From: Eledone cirrhosa
Lineage: Eukaryota
Assembly (NCBI GenBank): GCA_964016885.1
Contig: OZ024742.1
Span: forward strand, 114,266,001 to 114,330,000
DNA length: 64,000 nucleotides
Direction of reading: 5' to 3'
Shown: positions 1 through 15,750 of the stretch, piece after piece
Numbering within the stretch: the stretch's first letter is position 1
How the letters are laid out: each line of letters opens with the position of its first letter
Made by a program: the position numbers and the translations under genes
Notes under the pieces: generated by a model
Database searches by the model: none
Told to the model about the DNA's origin: nothing
What the model saw: the letters and a program-made list of their open reading frames with translations, nothing else

Positions 1-272
1 GACCGGACCAAGAGGCACTCTACTCGGTTGGCGGACCTGGTGTGGGACTTGAAAGACAAAGGCACCCGTACGCCCTAAACTATGGTATCTTTCGGCATGC
101 TAATGGATGCTCGGCTGGAAATAGAAAATGTAGGTTATGCCAGTCCGAGGCCATGGAGATAGTCAGACTGAAGGATGATGCGGTCAACCTGAAATCGGAA
201 ATAATCATGACGTGCAGACACCAGAGTAAGTGCACACTCTCCGCTTGGAATCCACCGGGCAGCCCAAGCTAA
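1..272 (+). mobile_element. Penelope-like element, GIY-YIG endonuclease C-terminal fragment (frameshifted; runs off window start)
   Basis: Frame 1 reads DRTKRHSTRLADLVWDLKDKG, then ORF 42..272 reads ...GNRKCRLCQSEAMEI...VNLKSEIIMTCRH. This parallels the EN tail of the 1844-4787 element (TTLSGLIWDLKD...CNLCSEE...LNKKDELVTACKH). Confidence 0.8.
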
Positions 273-913
273 AGGCATGCGGCGGAGCGCACGCCGACCA
301 GAGCGGTGAAATGGGTTCAAGAGATCAGACACCATACCCTGTTGACTCTATATACTCTGTGGGGTAAGCCGAAATAACCCAGGATGCCTAACCGACTCTG
401 CATGTCATCCTAGGCAAGAACATCGCCTGAGCCGGGACAGGTTGACCCATATTCCATTGATATTAATACAAAGCCTTACACTAATAAGACATTATACTTT
501 AACCACAGTGGCATACTCCAGTATGGCCGGTTCACAACTCCCCCGCATGTGAATATTTTTAGTAGAGAGTGCATACTCTCCGTGTATTCCATTTTGTAAC
601 ACCTAATGTGTTTTCCGTGTACAGACCCATGTGTGCATCTCATACTTCACTTGTGTACTATCTCATATACGTACACGTTCCTTCTTTTTTTATATATATT
701 CTGCACGCATTTTCTATTTACGGTGTGCGCAAACTATTTACTGTAATATCATGAACGCCCATTATGTGGCTTTGCGTGAAAATTCCATTTGTGGATTGAT
801 CCATGTTCGCAACGTAACAACTTTCTCTGTAAACACATATAACTGGGCGCACCCTTTCATGTATAGATCACTGTGTATCTCTATGTGCCGTTATATGTAT
901 AGTTTTACTGTGT

Positions 914-1085
914 GGTGGATTGACAGTATCGGTAGAGGGTCGAACGCCATGCTTTGATGCAAAGAGTTACGGCCCTTGCCATTCTGAGTTCAAATCCCGC
1001 CGAGGTTAACTTTGCCTTTCATCCTTACGGGGTCGATAACATAAAGTACCATTAATGCTGGCCTTGTGCCAAACGTAGAAACAGT
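914..1085 (+). mobile_element. tRNA-derived SINE (multi-copy family in window)
   Basis: ggtggattgacagtatcggtagag (A-box-like), gagttcaaatcc (B box), then ctttgcctttcatccttacggggtcgataa...ggccttgtgccaaa...gaaac. Near-identical copies occur at 51435, 58952 and 62285, and in reverse at 25787 and 52830. Confidence 0.85.
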
Positions 1086-1620
1086 TATATGTATATTTTT
1101 AATATATTTTATACTTTTTTATATATGTGTATATACGTATATGTGTATAAATATATATGTATATATGTGTGTGTATGTATTTTCTATATATGTACATGTT
1201 TATAACAAGATGCATCCTTTCATGTATGACCCGTTGTGTATCTTTATATGACTTTGTGTGTATATTCTATTCATGTATATATATATATGAATTCATGAAT
1301 TTGTTGAGTCTAAACAGATTACATACGTAGTATTGTAGGTATGTGTGTGTGTGTGTGTGTGTGTGAGCGCGAGAGCGCTTGTTTGTGCGTATGTATAAAA
1401 CCGAAAAGAACACGCAGCCTTTAAACATTATAATGGACATAATGGCAGGACAAATTACGCTCGCTTGAACAATAATACTTCATCACCACACTATAATAGA
1501 AAGAATGTTGCTGAATCATGTTGATTTTAATTCATTGGTCCTTCGATTTAACTATTCCATTTCCGTTCATTGCGGACATTTTGGAGCAAGTTGTACGTCT
1601 TCTCTGTTTATTTATTTTAC

Positions 1621-1720
1621 CGAGCTTAACTTTGCCTTTCATCCTTACGGGGTCGATAAAATAAAGTACCAGTAATGTACTGGTAATTTGCTGGCCTTGT
1701 GCCAAATGTAGAAACAATTA
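1621..1720 (+). mobile_element. SINE 3' portion
   Basis: Matches the 3' half of the SINE at 914-1085. Confidence 0.75.
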
Positions 1721-1843
1721 TAGAATTATCTTCTTAATTTCATATGAAAGATTTTATTAAATTTATATAGATCATCATAGAAAGATCATTGATAGCTAAA
1801 ATATTATTGTATATATATATATACACACACTCATATATATATT

Positions 1844-4785
1844 TCCGACCGCACGGAACCCCTAGACCCACGGACAACATACTTCACACTGAAGGACCAT
1901 AAATCCGATTTTTACCGTAAACCCTCTATCAGGCTTATTAACCCAACGAAGTCCGACAGAGGGAGAATCAGCAAAAAAATCCTAGACCGCCTGATACCAA
2001 AAGTCAAGCAACACGCCCGACTTAGCCTATGGATCAACACCCAGGAAGTAATCTCATGGTTCAGCAATATGGAGGATAAACGAGACACTAAATTCATACA
2101 GTTCGACATAGAGAGCTACTATGCTTCAATCACCTTACCGCTACTTACTGCCGCCTTGGACTTCGCCGAAACACTTGTGCCCATCACCGACCAGGAAAGA
2201 AAAATCATCCTCCACGCCAGGAAGACAGTCTTACTCTTTGACGACTCTAAATGGATAAAAAGAGCTCCCGACTCACCCTTCGACGTCATCATGGGCGCCA
2301 CGGATTGGGCGGAGGTCACAGATCTTATAGGATTATTCCTAATAGCCAAACTCACCGATATGTTTCCTGCATTCGGTGGTGGATTGTACCGTGATGATGG
2401 GCTCCTTACCCTTAAAGGGTACAACCCCAGTAGTACAGATCGGGTCCGGAAACAATTAATCAGCTTATTCCGCGACTGGGGATTTAAAATAACCCTACAA
2501 ACGTCCCTGACCCGAGTAAACTTCCTGGACGTGAACCTCGACCTCGAAAACGACCTGTACAACCCATACAGGAAACCTAATGACAACCTGCACTACATCC
2601 ACCGCCGATCAAACCATCGTAGCAACATCACCAACAACCTGGTCAAAAACATCTCCCTCCGCATATCCCGTTTGTCAGCTAATGAGCGGGTATTCGATGA
2701 ACATCCGCCTTATTACAACCAGGCCCTCAAGCGGAGTGGTTTCCGGGAGGAAATATCCTACTGTCCAGCTCTCATTAGCGGAACGTAGGAGACACCGCCG
2801 TTCACGCAATGTAACATGGTTCAATCCTCCCCACAACGCAGAGGTGACAACTCCCATCGGGAAACTAGTATTTAGGCTCATTGAAAAACACTTCCCACTA
2901 CAACACCGCTACCACAACATAATTAACAAAAATACCATCAAACTCTCTTACAGCACTACACCCAACTTCGCACAAAACATCGTCTCCTCTAACAACAAAA
3001 AACTCAACCCCGATGGAATAAATAACCTAAATAGCAGGAGGTGGAACTGTCCGGATAGATCCATTTGCCTACTCGACAATAGATGCAGAGACCGTAATGT
3101 GATCTATCAGTGCAACGTGAGGACGGATACCTCCAACAGGCTTATATAGGACTAACCGCATGTGACTTCAAGACCCGGCTATACCAACATAGACATACCT
3201 TCCGAAACCCTGCCCGGCGTCACGCCACTACACTTTCGGGCCTCATATGGGACCTCAAGGACAACAACATCACCTATGATCTCACTTGGAGATTACTGTC
3301 CAGAGCCAATTCTTACACGGGAGGACGCCGTCCGTGCAATTTATGCTCGGAGGAAAGTTTACAAATGCTGTTTTCGACGGACCAACTCCTAAACAAGAAA
3401 GATGAACTGGTTACTGCATGTAAACATAGATTGCGTAGGACTTACCACGCCCTCAAACCCCATAATGACCCGGGGGGGGGGGGTACACTAGGGCTATAAT
3501 ACCCCACTTGCCGATTTTGCAATGGGTAACCCCTGCTTGCCAAGGGAGACGTAAGAACTTTTTATTCTTTTATCGCTTCCCTTATTTCCCTCTCCCCCAT
3601 CCCTCCTTAGTCCTTCTACCCCAGTTCTTCTTTGTCGGCGTCTTTTCTCGCCCACCCAAGGCTGCCCTTTGGCCCCTTGTAGCCTCAGTACACCCACCCC
3701 CTCCCCTAGTATATGATAGATTTGGCGGACTCCGCTTTTTATAGCAGTTGTGTTAGACCCCGGATACTTGCCCCCTTTTCCGACCGCTCCCCCTATTTTC
3801 CGTGCTTTCTATATTTCTTAGTGGCACTTATGCCTTATTTTCTCGTTTCAGTATTTCTTTCTTCTATTTTCTTTTGGGCGGCGTTGATTCTGAATTTATT
3901 TTTCCGTATTCTACCTTTACTTCTTACGAACTTTCATGTAGCTTGTATACGATCTTTTGTAGCGCGGCGGTACCTTTAGAGTTAGCATTAGTATATATTT
4001 TTTTCGGGACTCAGAATTATTATCTAGTACTAGTTTACTTTGCTGCACTGGGTGGTTGCTGGCCTGGTGCCCGTGATAGAAACCTTTATTATTTATTTCG
4101 TGGTAGTTTTTTTAGTATTTTGGCCCCATTTGTTGACACGTCACCGTATGATTTACGTACTTATACCTCTTAAAAGGGTCCTGCCTATTCCGTCCCACCT
4201 AGTTTATTTACTTATTTCGTTATTTCTTTATTTCTTTCTTTATTTCTTTCTTTCTTTCTTTATTTATTTTTCTAGCCTAACAATAGCTAGAGACTTAGGT
4301 CGTAGAACTAGCTTTTATAGTCTTTTTTCTTTACACTTATTCGCTTTTCATCACTCTCAGTATTTTTTCTTTCATATATATATTTTTTACACCCCATTGT
4401 TTTACCTACCGTTTCGACTTCCTCCCCCTCCCCAGTATCTTCTTTGACCTCATGCCCAGCTGTAGCTAGCACTACCAACGCATGATTTGGTCTACTCCAC
4501 CCCTCCCCTTTTTCTCCTACTGGCAGGTTTAGCCACCATCTCCCCTACAATCACAGAATTACTACTACCTTTTGACAATCACTTTGACCATATATGGAAT
4601 TACCCCTTGAGAAGCTCGGCTATTTAAATACCAGGATAAATTTTCATTTAGTCCAGAATTAGCCGTCGAAACGGCTTGAGCTCAGTGTCGGGGTCTTACT
4701 TGTTCCTATTACCCACTCTACTACGCTAAGTAATGAGTACTTTGGTGCGTTATGGTCCACCTGGTTCCTTACCACATTTCCTTCG

Positions 4786-4787
<2 letters not shown>
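1844..4787 (+). mobile_element. 5'-truncated Penelope-like retroelement (RT + C-terminal GIY-YIG, probably Hydra clade), frameshifted, with long 3' UTR and HHR
   Basis: The open frame from 1844 reads YFTLKDHK...RLINPTKS, FIQFDIESYY, MGA, GLYRDDGL, VNFLDV and YRKPND. After frameshifts it reads WFNPP, KLSYS, C..C...NVIYQC, AYIGLT..FK.R..QH and CNLC...CKH. It is flanked by (TA)n on both sides. The clade call comes from motif recall, not a tree. Confidence 0.9.
4602..4694 (+). ncRNA. Type I hammerhead ribozyme, U3-A8 core variant
   Basis: acccc-TTGAGAA-[stem II cggcta...tagccg]-GAAAC-ggcttgagctcagt-GTC-ggggt. Stem I is acccc/ggggt. A second copy lies at 28003-28096. Confidence 0.75.
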
Positions 4788-4816
<29 letters not shown>

Positions 4817-4819
<3 letters not shown>

Positions 4820-7800
4820 TCATCATCATCATCATCATCATCGTTTAACGTCTATCTTCCACGCTTGCATGGGTTCGGACGGGTGTTGTCCCATTTGAGG
4901 CAAGATTGGTTGTCTTGCTCGTATAGGACTGTCTGGTGGGTTTTCTACGGATGGATGCCCTTCCTAACACCAACCACGTTTACAGTGTGGACTTGGACGT
5001 TTTTACCGTGTTACCTACACGGCCACATTACAGCGTGGACTGTGTGTCTTTTTTGTCGTGACACCTACACGACCTCAATTATTTCGGACTGGATATTGTG
5101 GTACCAACATAACTTTACATTGAAAGGGTTAGTGTGGATGGGGTGAGGTAGTGGGATGCAGGTGTATTTTTGTCAAGAGGTCCCTACTGACTGTAGGTTT
5201 CCCTTTGTACTTAGGCAAGGCGGGTCTTTTGTATTACTGTGTAGCGCCAAAGATCTCGGTCCAGTGACATTGTCTTGGAGAGGTGTTAGTGTATGATGTC
5301 GGAATTTATCAAGTCATCCCAGGTTTTTCTAGATCTGCCTACTCCGTCGCTACCGCCTATTTTTATCGCCCTGCACTTTTTTATACAGCTGTCATCTTTC
5401 ATGCGCATCACGTGATCATACCAACGTAGTCTTCTCTCGAGTAAACAACATCTGATCGCTCTTATTCCTAATTTATCCCTTAGTTCATTTATGCTTTGCC
5501 GTCCACGTATATTGCTATTACACACCCAACTGAGCATGCAAGCTTCGTTTCTCTCCAGTCTGCGTATATCCTCTGCACACAATACCCAAGTCTCACTGCC
5601 ATGTAACATTGATGTTCGTATGCAGGCATCATACTGCCTGCCTTTCAATTTTAGAGAGAAAACTTTAGCGGCCAATAGTGGTATAATTTCTCTGAACTTT
5701 TCCATCCCGTTCTGACTCTAACTACTATACTTTCAGAGCACCCTCCACCGCTGCTGATTGTGTCATCCAGGTAACGGAAGTGTCCACTATTTCTATAGAA
5801 TCGTCTGTGCAATGGAATGAGCTAGTATTCTGTGCGCACTTGCTGCTACTTATTGTACCTGAGCACCGGCGACATATAACATCTATATTCTTAGTTAGCT
5901 TATCTGTGATCCCACTACACCTTCTATGCACCCATTCTCTGCATTTGGGACATAAAATGGAGTTTCTGCTTACTCATTTCCTACATACTGAGCATGGCCA
6001 TTCCCCAGATGGGACCAGTGCCTTATTTTCCTTCCTACAAACTAGAACTTTAGTTTTAGACAGGTTAATTTTAAGGCCTTTTGATTCTAGGCCATGCTTC
6101 CATGTTTGGAATTTTTCTCTAGTTCAGCCATTGATTCAGCTATGAACGTTAGATCATCTGCGTATAGCAGTTCCCATAGGCAGCCGGTCTTGAACTCCTC
6201 TGTTATAGCCTGAAGGGCAATAATAAATAGGAGGGGGCTAAGAACGGAGCCCTGATGAACACCAACTGTTACGCTAAACTCTTCACTATATTCGTTGTTA
6301 ATTCTAACCTTGCTGACTGTTTCTTTATACATGGCTTGTATAGCTCTCACAAGCCATTCGTCAACACCTCGTATTCTGAGAGCCCACCAGATAATGGGGC
6401 GTGGGACTCTGTCAAAGACTTTCTCCAAGTCAACAAAAGCTAAGTATAGCTTAAGTACGTCGCCTGTAGTTGTCGTACAATGAAAAGAGCGTATGTGGTA
6501 CTTTTACCTGACACAAACCCGAACTGCATTTCATCTAGATCAAGTCGCTCTCTGATTAGTTGCGATATTACTTTTTCTGTGACCTTCATGGTCAATTAAT
6601 TTAATGCTTCTATAGTTTGCCCTATCTAGGGCTTCTCCTTTACCCGTGTAGCAGTTAATGATACTTCTGCTACGCCAGTAATTCGGAACGACCCCATTCT
6701 GTATGACTTGGTTTACTATCCGGGTGACCATAGTGTGTCCCACCGTTTCAGATGCTTTCAGCATTTCAGCAAATATTTCTGAAGACCCAGCCGCCTTGCC
6801 TGTCTTCATATCTTTGATCGTCTTACTTATTATACTACCTTCAACTTACACTGCTGGTCCTTCTATTGGATCGACGTGTGGGAGACTTTCTTTCTCCCAT
6901 TTATTCTCCTCATTTAGTAGCCTTTCGTAGTGACACTTACAAGCTACGTTCTTATGAGCATCAGTGATGGCAAGTACACCATCATCATTAAGGACACGCT
7001 TCTCCCCGACAATATCAAGGTTTTCCTTGACACATTGCCTAGCAATCCTGGTCCTCTTACGAAGTACACTTGTCTCCTAGCTCCCCCCCAGCCCCTTGAT
7101 AGTCTTCTCTACTTCCCCCAACCCACCATACTTTCCAAGCCTGCTTTTTGGCCTTGATTGACTCCTCCACCTTACTGTCCACCACCAAGTTACTCTCCTC
7201 CTGCCTATAGATCTGTTCCAGCCTCAGATTTCATCTGTCGCCTTCGGCAGGTTAGCTTTCAGGAATCCCACTGTTCCTCTATATTGTACGACTCTAATTG
7301 CTCTTCCTTACTATCAAAAGCATCAAGTAATATGCTTTTAAATTTATTAATGGCTGTGGGATTATTTAGCTTCCATATTCTTCTCCCGAGGATAGTCCTC
7401 CTCTGTTGTTGAGTACGTCTTGACCTGACAATGAGGTCTCTGATTATGAGTCTATGTTGAGAGGTGCATTCTTCATGGGGGAGGGATTTAGTGTTTACAA
7501 CAGACACTCTGTCACGTCTTCTAGTAACGATATAATCTATCTGGCTGGTGTAATCCCCTGATCAAGTGATCAAGTGATTGTCTCATATTTTGAAGTTAGT
7601 GTTACAGATAGTTAGGTTATTTGCGTCACAGAATTCCAGGATTCTGGAGCCTTCCTCATTTCTAGTACCAAACCCATAGCCTCCATGGATTCTGTCATAG
7701 CCGTCACGATGTTGTCCAACGTGACCATTTATGTCGCCTGCGATAATTATGTAGTCACTGTCGGTTATTTGGGAGTTAGTGAGCATTAACGACTCATAGA

Positions 7801-8400
7801 ATATCTTTTATAACGCCAGGCAGTCCGGATTGGGGTGCATATGCAGATATTATCGTCACAGTATTTCTATTGAGAACAAGTCTTATTTTAATTATTCTGT
7901 CGTTCACTCTATTTACGTCTATTACCTTATCTGCCCACGTTTCTGCTACCATGATACCTACTCCACCCAGCCCATTGTCATTTCCCACCCAGAAAAGCTT
8001 ATAGCATCGTTTTTTACCCACAATGAATCTAGCAGACCCACCCCTCCAACTGGTCTCTTGAATACACCAAACATCGACCTCCTTACGTTCAAGCATTTCT
8101 ACAACCTCGTTAGAGCGACCTTTTAAGGTGCCTACATTCATTGTACCAACTCTGAATTTTGGATTGCGTTTGGAGGGTGGGAACGGTGGGACGCAGGGGG
8201 TGGGGGTGGCGATATGGGGTTATGTTATCCATCCGCGGCAGAAATATAGAGGAGTAGTCCTTGCATTCTCGTCCGGCAGCATGAGGTGAATTTGTCTTTA
8301 TCTTTGGCATTGTCACTCAGTGTCCAGATTTTTTACTTGTCAAACTCTCCAGAATTCCGTAGTCCATCCATCATATCGAAAGGCAACCAGGTCTAAACTT
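4817..8400 (-). mobile_element. RTE-clade LINE (APE + RT, PHD-like finger), degraded, with (TGA)n 3' tail
   Basis: APE motifs NVGTLKGRS..VEMLER..VDVWCIQET, SAYAPQ and IAGDINGHVG...GFGTRNEEG. RT motifs GVHQGSVLSPLLF and ELLYADDL. C-terminal ERRLRWY.HVMRM...GRSRKTW. The (tca)n tail at 4817-4843 adjoins the (TA)n tract. The 5' boundary is uncertain. Confidence 0.9.
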
Positions 8401-8496
8401 AATAAGTGATAGCATAGGCCGATGACTTATGATTGGTCCACGTAGTAATAGTGGTGAGTGGGAGGGATATGGGGTAGTTAGCGAGAAGGTATAAAT

Positions 8497-9180
8497 AAAA
8501 TCCTCGAATTTTGGGCATAATTGAACAAGCATATATGACAGTAATAAGAGAATAATTATGTGGATTTAAAAATACAAGAAGATTGTTCTGAACAATCAGA
8601 CAGAATTATCGAATAGCATTGATAAAGCAAAGGTTAGATTCTGGACGAAATGATACGGATAGATGAATGGACCGGGAACAAATGGAGAGAAGAGTAAAGA
8701 AAATAGCATTTGTACGTTACATTTCGTCGAGCGAGCGAGCAGCCTAGCCAGGAATAAGGGGTTGACGAATTCTGAGTTTCGTACTCGCAACAGTTTATTT
8801 TATATTTGGAGAGAGGGAAAGGGATTGAGAGAGAACCAGCAAGATATATGGGGGGGGGGTGAAGAATAGGATAGAGCGGAGAACGTTATTTTATAAAATC
8901 CTAGAATTTTGGCCATAGTTAAACGAACGAGAATTTTGGCCATAATTAAACGAACGAGAAGGTTTAAATCAAATCCTCGAATTTGGGGCATAATTGAACA
9001 AGCCTATATAACAGTAATGAGAGAAGAATTATGGGGATTTAAAAAATACAAGAAGATTGTTTTGAACAATCAGACAGAATAATCAAATAGCATTGAAAAA
9101 GCAAAGATTTGATTCTGGACGAAATGATACGGATAGTTGAATGGACCGGGGAAACAATGGAGAGAAGAGTAAAGAAGGTA
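8497..9180. repeat. Direct duplication (about 205 bp shared, about 475 bp spacing) upstream of the RTE LINE
   Basis: aaatcctcgaatt(t)tgggcataattgaacaagc...ggagagaagagtaaaga occurs at about 8498-8701 and about 8971-9176. A short internal tandem (agaattttggccata.ttaaacgaacg x2) lies at about 8903-8958. Confidence 0.7.
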
Positions 9181-9184
9181 AGTT

Positions 9185-9359
9185 ATTCCGGGTTGAATCG
9201 GAGGTAACCACAGTAAGTAAGGTACTCAATACATAGCAGAGTATAACAGTTTTAATATAGATGAGAATCTACAGGACTAGAATTGTTTCATTCTTTAGAA
9301 ATCATCAAGTGATTTTTAAAGAATGAAACAGTTCTAGTCCTGTAGAATCTCATCTATAT

Positions 9360-9360
<1 letters not shown>
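9185..9360 (-). mobile_element. PLE 3'-end fragment with degenerate HHR and fold-back
   Basis: Homologous to 13534-13670 (ccgggttga.tcgg...aaggtactcaatacat...ctacaggactag). Inverted repeat at about 9255-9300 / 9313-9360. Confidence 0.65.
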
Positions 9361-9425
<65 letters not shown>

Positions 9426-9599
9426 TGTGTGTGTGTATGTGTGTGTGTATTACCCGTACGATTAAACTATCCATAATACGAAATATTCACAACCTCTAAC
9501 TGGATTACCTATAACAGATTTGTTATACTTTGTTATATATATATATGTATATATATATATGAAAAGTGTAAGTTTCTACACAAAACGAAGGTTATAGAG

Positions 9600-12034
<2,435 letters not shown>

Positions 12035-12051
12035 ATATATATATATATATA

Positions 12052-14178
<2,127 letters not shown>

Positions 14179-14231
14179 AAAAAATAAAAAAATAAAAAAA
14201 ATATATATATATATATATAAATATATACATA

Positions 14232-14261
<30 letters not shown>

Positions 14262-14262
<1 letters not shown>

Positions 14263-14318
14263 GTAAGTATGTATGTATACGTTCATACATATATGTATAC
14301 AGACGTACAGTAGCATGC

Positions 14319-14357
<39 letters not shown>

Positions 14358-14808
14358 CATATACACATATGCATACAGGTACACATACACATATGCACGC
14401 ATCAGTTTAGCCGACGTTTATTATAACGCCTGCTTTGTTCGTTTGTTTGTCAACAAATCGAACAGCCTGAATTTATGCCATACGGTGTTAAGGCAACCAC
14501 GTCACCTTTTTGTTCAACACTGACACAGGAACGATGTACTAGTTTCAAGCTTGTTAGCTATCATCAGCACCGTTTACCCATCTGCCAGATAGTTGAACGT
14601 TCCAAAGTATATACTTTCCTTATGAAAATTAACGGCTGAGCAGCTTAATTTGCATATTGAGTGAGTTAAATCGGTCAGGCATACCGAAAACGATAAGTTG
14701 AAAAAAATGAAAACGAAATTTCATTTCTCACTCTTAGTATGGCACTTACTTAAATGTAAGTATGTATGTATACGTTCATACATATATGTATACAGACGTA
14801 CAGTAGCA

Positions 14809-14848
<40 letters not shown>

Positions 14849-15010
14849 CATATACACATATGCATACGTGGTTGCCTTAACACCGTATGGCATACATTCA
14901 GGCTGTTCGATTTGTTGACAAACAAACGAACAAAGCAGGCGTTATAATAAACGTCTGCTAAACTGATGCGTGCATATGTGTATGTGTACCTGTATGCATA
15001 TGTGTATATG

Positions 15011-15046
<36 letters not shown>

Positions 15047-15636
15047 TGCTACTGTACGTCTGTATACATATATGTATGAACGTATACATACATACTTACA
15101 TTTAAGTAAGTGCCATACTAGGAGTGAGAAATGAAATTTCGTTTTCATTTTTTCAACTTATCGTTTTCGGTATGCCTGACCGATTTAACTCACTCAATAT
15201 GCAAATTAGGCTGCTCAGCCGTTAATTTTCATAAGGAAAGTATATACTTTCGAACGTTCAACTATCTGGCAGATGGGTAAACGGTGCTGATGATAGCTAA
15301 CAAGCTTGAAACTAGTACATCGTTCCTGTGTCAGTGTTGAACAAAAAGGTGACGTGGTTGCCTTAACACCGTATGGCATAAATTCAGGCTGTTCGATTTG
15401 TTGACAAACAAACGAACAAAGCAGGCGTTATAATAAACGTCGGCTAAACTGATGCGTGCATATGTGTATGTATACCTGTATGCATATGTGTATATGTATG
15501 TATATATATATATATATATATATATGCATGCTACTGTACGTCTGTATACATATATGTATGAACGTATACATACATACTTACATTTAAGTAAGTGCCATAC
15601 TAAGAGTGAGAAATGAAATTCCGTTTTCATTTTTTT

Positions 15637-15640
<4 letters not shown>
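14262..15640. mobile_element. HHR-containing non-coding tandem element, family A (retrozyme-like), inverted + tandem copies
   Basis: About 1.3 monomers on the - strand (14262-14865), then about 1.6 monomers on the + strand (14867-15640), period about 482 bp. HHRs at 14530-14574 (-) and 15280-15324 (+). Flanked by (TA)n. Confidence 0.8.
15280..15324 (+). ncRNA. Type I hammerhead ribozyme (family A)
   Basis: aacggtg-CTGATGA-tagc(taacaa)gctt-GAAAC-ta-GTA-catcgtt. Predicted cleavage after 15317. Confidence 0.85.
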
Positions 15641-15714
<74 letters not shown>

Positions 15715-15716
15715 AC

Positions 15717-15750
<34 letters not shown>

